From Psammoneis japonica (lineage: Eukaryota): a stretch of DNA of 64,000 bases. The translations under genes and the position numbers were made by a program. The stretch is from NCBI GenBank assembly GCA_008632985.1, contig QPGO01000062.1, forward strand, positions 1-64,000, written 5' to 3'. The notes below the pieces were generated by a model. The model saw only the letters and a list, made by a program, of their open reading frames with translations, was not told the DNA's origin and ran no database searches. Of the stretch, positions 14,101 to 27,574 are shown piece by piece. The stretch's first letter is position 1. Every line of letters begins with the position of its first letter.

Positions 14101-15870
14101 TGCCCGCTTGCTGTCAATCCAGCTCTTGGACATGAAGCTGTCCCAGTCGGCTTTGGATGTCTTCGCATCCCTGCGGAGAACTCCGATGGCTGTGTTGAGA
14201 TTTGTGCATGTTGCCACCCACAGCTCCAATCCACCTTGGTTGATGAGCATTTGCCACTCCGTCAGAATGGTGCCCGTTGCATGGGTTGCAACATTGATTG
14301 CATCCTCAAGTTCCATGATCTCGGCACTTGCAAGTTTGTTGCACGGCATGGTTTGCGCAAGAGTCAGGACATTGTTGTTCATGGGAAACTGATCAATGGC
14401 AAGTGTCATGCTCACCCACTCATTCTCCCAAAATCACATGATGAGCCAGATGCATCAATCAAGCTCCTCAAGGCAAGTGACCCCTCCTTTGCGGATGAAT
14501 GTGAAGCGGTCTCGGCCTGCATGATTGAAACATGTCGTGAACACCAACATGATGCTCTCCGCATGGAAAGGAAGTTGATCCCCTGAGCATGTCAAGATGT
14601 CCCGTTTGAGCAGTGTGCCAAGAAGAACATTCCCGTCCAATCCCTCAAGGCTGATGCGGAACGCCTCCATGGCATCAACGTCTTGGACACCCCAGTGATC
14701 ACTGTCTTTACCACGCTCACGAACATGTTGATGGCATCCCCAAGTTTGCACATGGCACATCCCCCCTTGACACTTGCCCCACATGTGTCCGGGCCAAACA
14801 GATGAAGGAACCTGCTGGACCCAATGCTGCTTTGACTGCCACCCAACCCTGCCAAGGTCTCACCGTAGACTTTTCTTTTTCTGGTCTCCACTCCAAGAAC
14901 ACTGAGCATGTCAAAGACCATGTTGGGTTGAATGGCGAGACGTGTTGGATCACCGTTTGTGATTGCGCAATGAAGCACCTCCATGGTGCGACTCGTGTCT
15001 TGAAGGCCACCCCCTTGAATTGGATTCGCCACTTTCTGGAGGAGCACTCGCCAAAATGTCCTGACAAATGTGTTTTTCTGGATCAAGGAGGTGAGTTGTA
15101 CAACAATCCGGCGGGTCAGCGACTCTTCGAGGATGACTTTCATCATGCAATTCATCCCACTGGAAAAGACACCTTGAATCAGAGTGGCCCAGTTGAACGG
15201 AGTCATTTGACCGTTGCCAATGCCATTCGGGCGATGCTTGTCGGTGCAGATTTACCCATCAAGTTTTGGCCACATGCTTTCCATCACTTTGTTTGGATCA
15301 AGAATGCCACACCATCCCGGGGGCAGACTGCTGCTCCGATTGCACTTGCTGCTGGTCGGAAGATGACTTTCGGAACTTCCTCACGTTTGGTTGTCGCGTT
15401 TGGGCACGTGCTTCGAATCACCGTCCAACGAAATTCCGGACTGTCTCCTGCAAAGGGATTTTCTTGGGATGCCTTCCGGACACCACCAAGAATGTTTTGT
15501 GGTGCGACACCGAGACATCGCGTGTTAAGCTGGCCAAGCACATCAGATGTGATGAGGGGATGAATGATTTACCCCAAGACTCCATTCCCCCGAATGTTGT
15601 TCATTTGCAATGCACTCAGGCTGGTGATGCCCTCCCTGCCGACACTGAAGAGACTGCTGTGGATGAACTCCACTTCCATGGTGACCCTTTTGCCAAGACC
15701 ATCACACGCATCATGAAAGGACCATTCACGGATCCCACTCATGGCTTCTCTTCAGCTGTGGATGATCTGCACCAACGTGTTTTCGTCTTGGACATTCAAC
15801 GTGGTTCCCCCGCTGCTCGTCTCTTCTCAAACTTGAAGGCGACCCACAACAAGATCAAAGGCGCGTGTGT
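11148..15870 (+). mobile_element. Ty1/Copia retrotransposon remnant (gag, protease, integrase, PDZ-like segment), truncated before RT and TpA-mutated
   Basis: gag ORF 11600-13618 with knuckle CLVCSEEHLFHEC. Protease AQLDTGADIAC (13891-14586). Integrase FLDQGGELY...GPVERSH...LPIKFWPHAF, then TFGCRVW...KGIFLGC. PR-IN order indicates Copia. The 5' boundary is approximate. Confidence 0.85.
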
Positions 15871-18307
15871 CATGGGCCAAAGCAAGACGGAGAGGTTGTC
15901 TCACAACTGCCATGTGCCCTCCCACCGTTCTGATGACCCCCTTCATGTCTGCCAATTTTTTAACCAAGCTTTCATGGAGTTGCTCACTGCAGCTGCATTG
16001 GGTCCAGATCCAGAGGATGACAACAGCCGTTGGCACCAGTGTGTCAAAAGTGTTTCCCGGAAACATCGTACAATGACATCAAAAAAAAAGGCTGAGACTG
16101 AGCCAGCTTCATCCCTCATTTGCCAAATGACTGCATGCTCCAAAATTTTGAGAAAAGTGTTTGGACAGCACACGGTGGACAATGCTTGCTTTCCACTTGA
16201 CATGGGCGACAACCCATGTGGTGCATTTGGCATGACCGTTGCTGACATGATGCATGTGTTGGAGGCGGGCATTGTCCCTCAAATGATGGAGGCATTCATC
16301 GGAGAGATGTCTGCCAAACAGAAAGAGGAGTGCGACCGCATTGCATCTGAGTTGTTCTGCACATCCCATTGTCGTCCAGGTCAGAGACATGACCACCTGC
16401 GAATTCGAGTTAACGGGGGACTTTCCACACTTGGTCAACTTGCGTGTGACGAGCAGATGGGGAAGCTTCTCGCACTTGCAATCATTGGCCACACTCACGC
16501 TGGTAGAAAACTGCTGGAAAAAAGGTGCGATCCATCCTTTGACAGCAAAAAGAAAAAGACGGCTGATGGCTTTAAAGGAAAGAAGCAACAAGATGAACAA
16601 TTGACCAAATCATCAGAAAGTGAACCCGACGATGAGGACACTGAGCCCGTTGAACCATCCAATGAACAAACCGGCACAACAAACACAAGCCAGGTTGATG
16701 AGAATGCGGCTGTGGCACTTCCTAAAGAGACATGGTCTGATGTCGCCTGCGACCCATCCGATCTTCATCACCGAAACCATGTGATGCAACAGATGCATCA
16801 TCACGGACTTTCTGAATTTTGGGAACCATTTTCCAAGCAACTAGACAACGATCGCTTTTTGTTGTGCCAGAAGATTGCACGGGACAAAACAAAATCGTTG
16901 AGATGGAAACAACGGGCTGTTGAGACTTCACCTGAACAATTGTCAACACCCGGACAACATGGTCACATTGTTGAATCGGTGGATGATCGGGACAACTTTG
17001 TAAGGTGTTCGGATGGACGGCACTGTCCACTCACCAAGTCAAAATCACCAAGCACTGTCATCCATGCGGAAATAGAAAACAAACTTCCTCAAGCTTTTGT
17101 GAAGATGGCAGATGATGAAACTGCAGCCGAAAAATCCATCGATTGTGAAGTTGATGAATTGTTGGACTTGTTGCATCACATGCTGCTTTTCCATTCATTT
17201 TGTCTGTGTGGAAAGGGACTTTATGGAAAAACAGGCAAGGTGGATTTCAAGTGCCGAGTCGTCCTGCTCATGTTCAAGATAAAAGCATGCCTTCATCGCG
17301 CAAGGAACACTCATTTGTTCCGGACCGCCAAGTTCCATTCTATGCTGCATCTTGTTGTCAACTCGTTCCTTCATGGCCAGATTGTGAATTTCTCTGCCAT
17401 GATTGGAGAGAGTCACCTGAAGTTCTGGGCCAAGCTTCCGGCAAAAACTTGCCAGGTTGCACTGGGTGCAGACAATTTCTTGGACCAACTGGTTGTGCGT
17501 TTGCATGACATGGCAGTTCTTGAGAAGGCACACACCCTTCTTGTCCCTTCCACGGTTGGACAGGCGAGCGTAAATTCCTCTGAAGAAAAATTGATGCACC
17601 CCTTGTTTGTTGTGAACAGAACCACACAAACTCACCATCAGTGTTCAGGCAGCAACAAGATCCGTGTCATCCCAGAAACTGCAGAATTGGACTCTACCCT
17701 GCTTGAGTTTTTGTTGTTGCCAACGGAGGAACTTTGCATCAAGCGCGATGAAGCAGTTGTTTGCTCGGAGTTTGCCACACCAGAGAAAGGGATTTTAATG
17801 CGTGGACACCCCAATTGCAACAACAATGGGTTGTGGTGCGACACACCCAGGGTCTCACACGAAGAGGGAACAGGTCAGAAAAAAAGGCACCCATTTGTGC
17901 TCCGTGGTTTCGTGCCAGCTGACGACGGAACAATCCCGCTTGCCGCAGGACAGTCATGCAAGGAACAGACGAAGACGTTGCGTGACAAGTCTTCCAACGG
18001 TGTGGTCGAGCACTGGGAACTAGAAACAACAACTGTTGGTCATGGCAGAGAGTCTCAGATGATCCCAAAATTTTGGCATGCTGGCAGAGACGCAACAGCA
18101 GTGGGTGGTTTCTCTGTCCTTGTTCCTGACAACTGCAATGAAGACAACGTTGAAGACTCGAACTCAATGTTGTTTGTTGCAGACAGACACAATGACTGGC
18201 CGAATTGTTTCCTGTCCAACAAAGTGATCCAGCTTCACCCAGACAAACGCAGGAAGCGAGACAAGGAGAAACGACAATGCACCTTGGGAAAAAGGAAATG
18301 TTTGTAA
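15870..18307 (+). mobile_element. C-terminal part of a Plavaka/CACTA(En/Spm)-like transposase, TpA-mutated pseudogene
   Basis: Motifs VDNACF..DMGDNPCGAFGMTVADMMHVLEAG, KFHSMLHLV, NFSAMIGESHLKFWAKLPAK and RGHPNC(Y)...WC(Y)D. Family assigned from motif recall. Confidence 0.6.
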
Positions 18308-18364
18308 AGAGTTCACTGCAAAAGGTGTGTCAACCTGTCTAACAGCATCCATTGGCACCACTCA

Positions 18365-18473
18365 TTGTTGCTCCTTCTGTCAGCAAGTGCATTGAAGAGT
18401 GTTGTTGCTCCTTCTGTCAGCAAGTGCGTTGAAGAGTGTTGTTGCTGCTTCTGTCAGCAAGTGCATTGAAGAC
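18365..18473. repeat. Tandem repeat, 3 x 37 bp
   Basis: Unit ttgttgctccttctgtcagcaagtgcattgaagagtg. Confidence 0.9.
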
Positions 18474-18774
18474 TGATGGCGTGCCAATGTGTCTAAAAGC
18501 ACTGGTTGGTCCCGCTCAGTTTTGATTCTCGGAATTGGAACAAACCCTTCTGCTTTGTCAAGTCATGCTTTGACTTGACAAAAGAGCAAACATCGACATG
18601 AGTTGACAAATCATGCCATTGATCACAAATGAAATGTTCAACCCTGTGTTCCGATTCGTCGGGCCACAAACTGCTTGTTGACTTAGTCGAATGTTCCACA
18701 GAGCGAACGGGTGACACACCCCGATCGCTCGACACGAGGCAGCATGGATCCTTGCGCAACTTGTTGTTCATCGA

Positions 18775-21700
18775 TCAACATTCCCTGCAGCCTGGTTGGT
18801 CACATTTAGCCCAGGTTGGTCTCCTGCCATTTTTTCTTGCAACTTCAACTGCATTTTGAACAACTTCCCTTGCCCTCAACGAGGAGATCTGTTCGCCTCT
18901 CTCGTGTGCTTCTTTCCCAACAACACACATGTCAACAAACAGATAAAATCCAGAATCACCCTTGGATGTGCGCGCCACTGCTGCATTTTGAGGGGGGATT
19001 TGTCCCATGACGGAAGCCGATTGGATCATCAAAGCCCCACGCACATCGGCCAACCTTGTGCTTGGCAGCCACTGCTCTGGCAGTTTGTTCTTCCTGGCTT
19101 CAAGACAAAACAAAAGTTCCCCAGCAGATTCGTGACTTCCATCAGTGTCCTTTGCCCGCAGAACATCAAATTGACTGGAAATGAATGCACAGTGGATTCG
19201 CACCTCCTCAATTTTGGTCAAGGAAGGATCCATTCGTTGAAATCTCTGTAACGTTGAACACGTCACTCCACTCACATCACCGTTGTTCTTCAATTGCTTC
19301 ATCATTGACACCAATTGGTGGCACAACAATCCCATCTCATTTTTCTGCAACAAAGTTTTCATTGATTCTTGGTTTTCGGGTTTCACAGATTCTTTCAATG
19401 CAACAAGAGCAACAAGAGGTGCACCACTGAATTCCACACCCACAAATGCCGCGAATTCGTCTCCGTGGTGAAAAGCAATGCACCCCTCACAGTGGAATGT
19501 GAAATTGAACCAGCTGTGGGTGATTGATCCCAGGAGGAGGTCTCTGTCTTTGCCTTTGTCAACAAGCAATCCCAACATGCCTTTGTGGTCGCCACTGTCA
19601 AATCGCTGCAGGTGATCCCTGACACACTGGGTCGCGCACTGAATGTCATCTTTGTTCTCCACAGTCGAAAGGTTGAAGCTGTCTGTGGAGATTCCAGTTG
19701 TTCGAACAGGGCATTTGCATGTTCACAATCCGTCTTGAACAGCAGCTTTTGTAACTGAAGTCCGACAATCTCTCGGTTGTACGATGGATGGTCAAACGTG
19801 GTGTTGGTGATGGGGACCGAATGCCTTTTCAGCTTGTCCACCAAATCTTTGCCAATGTTGCAATCCCGCCAATCATCAATGAAGACAACACCGTTGCTGA
19901 TGTCATCCAAGAGGAATTCCCACTCATTTTCCCCGTCGAAGTGTGTGAAAGCAAAGCCGGCAATGTGAGATCCTGCCTCATCAAGCTTTGACACACCTTG
20001 CAATCATTCTGGGCAACCCAACCAGACTTGGCATTTCTCAGACAACCTTCGTCTTTCCTCCAACATCACTCCTTGGGAAGACCTTGGTGTTCCCTGCAAA
20101 GCTTTTTGGTGCATGATGTGAACCAAAATCACGGTCAGTTGCAAAATCCACTGTCTGCATCTCGGAGAGAGGTCCTTTTCCTTTTCCATTGTTCCAGGCC
20201 TTGCAACACCTGACCCACCATGGCGGCTCCAACCTTGCGCAATCACTCCATTCACACCAAAATCTTTGGCAACAGTCCCTTGAAATGAATGGTCAAACTT
20301 TGCTGCAAGCAAAAACTCTCTTGCCAACCCACTGCTCAGTCCCTGTTCAACAATGGTTCTGAGCTGCATCAACAAACCCAATCCAAGAATTCTTTTGTCA
20401 AACTTGCATGACCCGAAGACGTTGCCGTCGGCAATTCCCTCCATTGTGTCTGGGTTCAAAATGAATGGACGAGTTGGATCGCTTGCCCTGCACGGATGTT
20501 TGGCATCCGAACGTAGAATCTCTACCTTGCTTTGCAGGTGCCGACACATTTGCTTTGAAGCATTCAGACCCATCACACCATGTGCTGTTGCATGCAGCTT
20601 GAAGTGGATGACGAGGGAACACCTTGTTCCTGCCCTGCCTGGTTTTTCAATGAATGGAATGTCATTGTCGAACGTGTCAGATGGCTTGTTGGACTTCCGG
20701 TGAGGTTGTTTCAGGTGGAATTTTCGCTTGAGTTCTCTTTTGTTGTTCGCATTTTTGCTGATGCTCTTGGGGCGCATTAAGGACAAACCCCAGTTCTTGC
20801 CACCAACCCCATGTGGTTGGTCCTTCTGCCTCCAACAGCTGAGAAGATCGGCGTTGCACTGTTTGATTTGCTGGAGGAGAGATTCTTCGCTGGTTTTCTT
20901 GCTGATTTTTGTCCCACATGCTGAGTCAGGCACGTCTTTGCAGTCAAGATCAAACTGCACAGCATTCCGGATGGGTGCAGGCCTGCAATGTGGGCATCGC
21001 CGACAACCCTCGTGTCTCTTAAGACTGCATGTTGGACAATGCACACAGTTGTCACCGGTGAAAACTGGCACACAGCAAGGGTCCTTTCTTCTTCCAGTCA
21101 ATCCGATGCATTTGACTGGACCCCCGAAATCTGGAAAATGCGCCAAGGTGGCTTCATCTGTTGCTGTGAGGCATTTCACTTCTTTGTGTTTTAACTCACA
21201 ATCCTCAATGCATTCTTCCCTTGTACAAAACTTTCCGCAGGCAGAGATGTCTGCTTGTGCCTCGTCTTGAACAATGGGGACCTCGTCGCATGCTTGCTCT
21301 TCATGCAAGAAGCACACTGGGTGCTCTTCCGACACGCGTTGTTTCTTCCATTAATCCAAAACTTGGAAAACGCAAGATTGCACGCAGGCAGGAAGAACAT
21401 CCCATTGTCCGTCAGCGACCGCAGCAGCTCCCTGAGTGCATCTTGGAAAAAAGGTCCCTTTAGAACTGAAGCCGAGAGATGGGCCGGGTGTGAATGCACG
21501 CAGTCAAAGCAAATGTGATCGAACTTTGTCTCTTTGGATGATCTCTTCCATTCCGCTGATCTGTGCAAACTTAGAACATCACACTCCATGTGCTTTGGTG
21601 AGGAAGTGCAGAGCATCCTCTTGTCAATTGTGCAAACGTCACATCCAAGATCCACCAGACGTTTAGTTTGAATGCCGTCGCGTGCATCTTTGTCACTTCC

Positions 21701-22651
21701 ATTTAAATCACCACCAACTTCCACGCCAATTGCCAACAATCTGCTGGCACAAATTGGATGTTCGTCAACCATGTCATCTGTCTCCGCCCATGTGGAGTCA
21801 TTGTCATTGTCATGGGCAGCCACCTCAACGGAGTCGATGCCGGTGGCAATCGTTTGACTTTGATCATTGCCATCATTCTAGAAGAGACATCAACATGCAC
21901 TTTGTCAGGTGGGGAACCGACAGGAAAGGGAACCAGTGCGACAGATGAAATCCCTCACCGGCGATTGTTCTTCACTCTCTGCAACAGTCCAAATTTGTTG
22001 TTCGTCATCCATGACATCCGTCTCCGCCCATGTTGTGTCATTGTCGTCGTCTTTGGCACCTTCCACACAGGAATTGACACCAGTTGCAATCGTTGGAGCT
22101 TTGGCTGGGGTGTCATTCTAGGAAACATCAACAATGACTTTTTCAGGTAAGAAACAGATGGGAATTGGAAGCAGCGCGCAAGATGCAATCCCTTGCCTGC
22201 ACCGCTGTAGATCTTTTGCATTTTTTGTTTTGGAAGCAGCGAGCATCAATGATTTTTTTGCATGCCTTTTTTTCTTTCGTTGAGCCAGCTCTGGCAGGGC
22301 AGCCTCCTTCAAAGCCAATCTAACGTAGTTTGGGTGTGCCGGCCATTTTGCAAATTCACCAAGGTGGTTTGGGTTGTGTGCATTGCTCTTCCCACTGCTC
22401 TTGAACGTAAAGATTTTCGCATCAAACATCATCAGCACAATGCCACGGATTGAGTGATCTGTCAAACCACTTTTTTTGAGTGACGAACAAACATGACCGC
22501 GTTTGTTTACCCAACGTGTGGGAGAACAACACAGCCTCAATTTGGTGTCAAGGCTGTTTTCTGTGCCAAACGGGGCCAGATGCACCGGCGGGGGACAACG
22601 CCCAGATGGATCATTGGTCAACACTGCAGGTTGAGTGGGGTGGAATGTCAT
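18775..22651 (-). pseudogene. Broken cargo/accessory ORFs of a large transposon; 21191-21823 is possibly methyltransferase-like
   Basis: Co-directional minus-strand ORFs (18775-19662, 19395-20003, 20004-21335, 21191-21823) with protein-like composition apart from Tyr loss. ~135-bp internal duplication, 21760-21897 vs 22000-22136. Confidence 0.45.
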
Positions 22652-23574
22652 CGGGAGAGAAGTGCGATGTGTCAGACAGAAAAGAGATTCGTTGGTTCTG
22701 TTTCAGTGACGTGGCCTAACAGGTGAGGGATTGGGTGTGATTCTTCGGGGTGGGATCATTTTGAGGTTGTTGTTTTGCAAAGGGAATGACAAGGCTGCGG
22801 AAGACAAGAAACAGAGTTGCCCAAACGACATCTGTTCGCTGCTCAACATGAGTTGATCAGCGACTTGGACAAGATTCGGGAGAGTGTGGCTTGCTGTGGG
22901 AGATGCACTTTGTGTCACGATGCTGCACAGGCTGGCATCAAGTGCACAAGTAAAAAAGTGGTGCCAAAGGCATTCATTGCCAGACACATGCATCAACAAA
23001 AAACTGATGCCAAATTCTTCTGTCAACACACATGTTTGACAACAGAAAAGTGACGCCGAATTGCTTTGTCAACAAACAGTTGCAACAACAAAAAAGTGAT
23101 GCCAAGTTGCTCTGTTGACAGACATGTGCATTGCTGAAAAAGTGACAGTTTGTTTGTGGTGCGGAATGCACGGTGGATGGAAGCTTTTGCTTTGTGTCTG
23201 CTGCTGTGGTGATGTGAAAATGTCTCACATCATCACCAACAGGATTGTGAGCAACAAAATTGTTTTCTGTGCTTTTGAGATGGCTGGGATGACCCATTTG
23301 ATGAGATCATTCAGCAAACAGGATCGACGAAGATCACATCACACATGACCATTTACGAAAAAAACGTCTGTGGTGCACCCGACAGACAGACTGCCGTTGT
23401 CAAAACATCACACGGGACTGTTTGCGAAAAAAACACCCGTGGTGCACACGAACAGATGGACCGCCGTTGGCAACACACATTTAGCGAGAAAGCCGTTTTT
23501 TTGTTGGAAAGCAATGGGTGCGGACTTTCGCTGGATTGGGTCTGTTCCACTGAAAGAAAAAGACTGGGTGCCAT

Positions 23575-24375
23575 TTGATTTGGCAGAACAGGCATTTTCA
23601 GAGAATGGCGCGGAAGTGTTCTGTGAACGGATGCTGGAAATTTGCCCGTTGGCCAACAACGTCATGCCAGAAACATGGCAAGTTGCTGACACACCTGGGC
23701 AAAATGAAATCTCATGTCGTCAAGAGCAAGAAGGCGGGGTCCAAAGAAAGAGAGCACCAGGAAAGAAAAAAAGGCTGCTTGCAAAAATTCAAAACACCAC
23801 CACCCCTGCTCAACAAGATGACAACACTTGCAAACAAGGCACCAAGTGGGAAGGGAGAAAAGGAAGGACACCGTTTTGTTGGTGAGTTCACCATTGACAA
23901 AAAGGAAAAGGCGGAAGGCATTGGGTTGGCAGAAAAAATGTTGGAGTTGATTCCTGGCTTTCCCCTGGCAGGTGATTTAAGCAGAAAGATGTCCTGGCAC
24001 ACAGTGGTGAACGCTCCTGCTTCAAGTTCAAGATCTGACTTCTGGTCAAAGGCGGAAATTCATCGCAATTACGTGGAAACAAAATCATCACCTGGTGACA
24101 AAATTTTCACCATGTTTCTGTTCCTCGATGACACAACGGAGCACAATGGTGCAGTGGAGATGTGGCCGGATGGTTGTGAGGCAACATTGAATGAGAAGGA
24201 ACGCAAAAGACACTTGGTCAGGTTGGGTTTGGAAAAACAATTGCTGGTTGGAGAAGCAGGCACTGCATTTGTTTTTGATGCAAGAATGTTGCACCGAGCT
24301 TTGCCTGACAAAACGAACTCGGATCGAAGGAACATGGTGTGTCTAGTCCACAATTTCGACACAGCAAGCATGTGA
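23575..24375 (+). pseudogene. PhyH-like 2OG-Fe(II) dioxygenase inside the transposon block, probably mutated
   Basis: EIHRNY (HxD position reads HRN), IFTMFLFLDDTTEHNGAVEMWP, GEAGTAFVFDARMLHRALP...SDRR. Confidence 0.7.
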
Positions 24376-25925
24376 ACATGGCAAGTGTGTGAACAAGCAT
24401 GTGTTGGAATGCAAAACTGGCAAAGTGGCAAGTTGACACAGGTGCAAAGCAGGCATGTGTAAAGGGCCAATTGACAATGCATTGCTCACACAGACGACAG
24501 TTGCATTGTGAACAAAGTGGAGCTGCAAAGTCACCCACTTTTGGCAGGCTTAAATTTACATTTGATGTCAGACCCCAGGTCGTTCCCAGTGGAATGCCCA
24601 GTCTCCACGGCATCGTCTCTTTTCTTGGTGCACTTGTGAAGCAGGTGCCTGTCGACACCGCCTCCCCACGACAGATCGTCTGGACAGGCAGGAACAAAGA
24701 ATGCTCCATGCCTCCATTTGTGCGCACAAACACAAAACATCACATCCAGTGAAATGACAATGGCACCTTCAGGACACTCATTGGACAGCATCTCCTCGAG
24801 TTGGTTCTGTGTTGCGTTGTTGTCAAAAAGCATTCGCCCATTGCAGTCATTGAAGAAAATCTTTAAGTTGTTCAGACGGTGCAACCGACGCACAGCATCG
24901 TCTTCGGAGAGGAAGTCCTGAATGATCAGGGTCGGAAAGCGACTGGCATTGTTGTGCCACATGGCATTGCACCACTGAGAGCCAAGATCATGACGGGGAC
25001 GGTGGAACTCAATGCTGCGGGCATTGCAGGCAGGAACAAGCAGACGACAGGCAATCGCAAAACCGCCACCACCACCACCAACGTCAAGGAAATTAGGGCG
25101 GCTTCAAATTTGTGCCGCAAAGAGAGCGGGGTTACAAGTGACCTCGGCAGAGAAGGCAAAGCTTGCCGCACCACCGTGTGATTCCACACCACCACCAGCA
25201 AAACGACCAATTTGATCATCAATTGGCGGCATGTGATTGCAACAGAGGGAACACGCGTTCCCATGACGGGAATGACTCACGACAACCATGTCTTGGTGAC
25301 AATGACACACTTCAGTGGACATTAAAGTGGGTTGGAAAATTTGGGCAACAGAGAGAGCAAACAGACAAACATGGTGTCGGGGAAGCAGAGGGAATGACCT
25401 GTTAAGACAGGGATGACAAACAGGAGGTTTGACACGACTTGACATGCAAAATGAAGCAGATGTTGCATCCAGAAGGAAGCGCAATGCATGCATTGATGTA
25501 AGGAGATGCAACATGTTGTTTGGCATTGATTCAAATGATGTGGCAATCTTCATTGGTGCATTGGATTGGCTGACAAAGGTGCACAATTCAAAACAGTGAA
25601 ACGTTGACAGAAATGCAAACATGGGGTTGGGGATGAGCACTCAAAAATGACACAAAGACCTGTTTGAATCGAGAGAGGACACGCAAGCAACGACAAAACC
25701 AAGAAAATCACATGCAAAAGTGCGTTCTTTTCACAACTTGCCTTTCACAAAGCAACAGGAAAGGACGGAAGTTCCAAATGAGAGGAAGCCATTGGGAAGG
25801 TAAAAAAAAATGGAGGACGCAGTTCTCACAGGAGCAACGGAGGGAGGAAGTGCAACTTCCAGCGGCAAGTGAGATTGAGAAAGGACATGACAAAGAGTTG
25901 CTGATGAACTAACACAATTGTTGGA

Positions 25926-27103
25926 TTGATCTGTGTGGTGTCACATGAAGTCACCATGAGTCCTGCGGTGGCGGCCTTGTTGCATGCACAAAGAAACGAA
26001 CATGGGGAATTGAACAGATTCCAGCATGCAGGTGGCGATTCAAGTTCGGCGGTGACTCCCACAGAGGGATGTCTTGTGTTGGATCGTGCACCTGCGGTGG
26101 GCAAGAAATTGATGGCATCCATGTTGACTGAGGTTGTCAATGAGAGTGTTTGGCCATGTTGCAAGTTCACAATCTTCAATCATGAACTCGCCGTGGGAGG
26201 AGATCACATGAAATTGGTTCTGCAGGAGTTGAGGAGCATGGTGTCTTCACCGGAGAAGTTCTGGGAAGAACACAAAGAGGTGTTCAGGACCAAACTCAAC
26301 CGAAAGAGGAATGATGTGCAGGACAACATCAGGAGGAGAATGACAGGCAAGCAGATGTGTGCGTGCCAGTGATTGTGTTGGAGGCGATTGTCTGACGGGA
26401 TGAGTGTCTCTTCCTTGACATTGTCTGTGCAGTTGCTGCTTTAGAGGGATTGCTGGTGGATTGCGAAGACTTGACAAAGGGAAGAAATGACAAGGACACA
26501 CGCGCGTGGTTCTTGGAAACTGTGGCGCCGACAGTGGTGGGACAAGTGCAGTTTGGCAGAAGCACAACCGACATGCTTCAGGAATGGCTTTCGGTTTCGT
26601 CGGAGGAGTTTGCTCTGCCAGTGCACTTGAACTGCTGCAACAAGGTGAAGGACACGGCAGAGAAATTGGAAAAGGAAGAAAATGTTGCAAGGAGAAGAAA
26701 GCCAACTGTGAAAGATGCTGCTCCTGCAAAGTGCATGGCACAGGCGGCAGGGGAATCGGCAAAGAGGAGCCAAGGATGGAGCAAGGAGGGGATCAAGAAG
26801 TGCAATGACCCACATCAGTGGGTGGTGAAAGACAGAGAGAACAACCAGGGATTCGGTGCATGGTTCAAGGAGAGAAGGCAAGAGAAGACAAACTTGTCTC
26901 AGGAGGAAAACAAGAAACGCAAAAGAGAGGAAAACAGAAAGGAGAGAGAGGAAGGATGGGCGGCGCCAATGGGAGAGGACCTGCCATTGCAGGCGGTGGC
27001 TTCAGGCAACGGAGCGGCAGCAAATGGCGCAATGGCCACCAACCAAACTGGTGTGCAAACACAATTTGAAACAAACAACAAAATCTGGACAAGTGAAAAT
27101 TAA
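25926..27103 (+). pseudogene. Two-exon transposon-associated ORF (GWSxEGxxxYNxL type) with a mutated splice donor
   Basis: ORFs 25926-26372 and 26450-27103 are separated by an intron-like segment 26347-26432 (gcaagc...tgtgcag). Motifs LSVSSEEFAL and GWSKEGIKKCN. Confidence 0.55.
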
Positions 27104-27574
27104 AAAAAAACATTGTGCGATGCGGTTTGGATGCAACGACGTGTGGCAATTGGGAACTTGGATTTGAAAACGGCATGGCAAAGAGATGAAGTGCAGGACG
27201 AGTTGGCAGAAAAGGAGGGTGGATTGCAAGCAGCAACATTTGTGTTAAAAGAACCAGAAACCCCAAATGTCAATTGGGGTGCAGGTCTGCATCATGTGAA
27301 AGGAATGACCACACTTAAAAGTGAGAAGCGATTTGGGTTTTAGAAGCTTGTAAACTCACACAGTTCTCACATCATGTTCAAGGAGAGAATTGGCTTGTGA
27401 GTTGACAATGATCTGGCATTGAAGTCAAGAAATGCCCAGATTGTGGCAGACGGTCAGACCCAGATTGTTGGCGTCCCAGATGAATTTCATTTTTTCTCAA
27501 TTGCATCTTTTCAAGACAAGTCATCAATCCATTTAAGAAAATGTCGCAAAGTGCAACAAAATGCCATGTTTCCC

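Noticed and set aside
18365..18473. CRISPR-like array of 37-bp repeats
   Set aside because: Head-to-tail units with no spacers, no cas genes, and a eukaryotic context.
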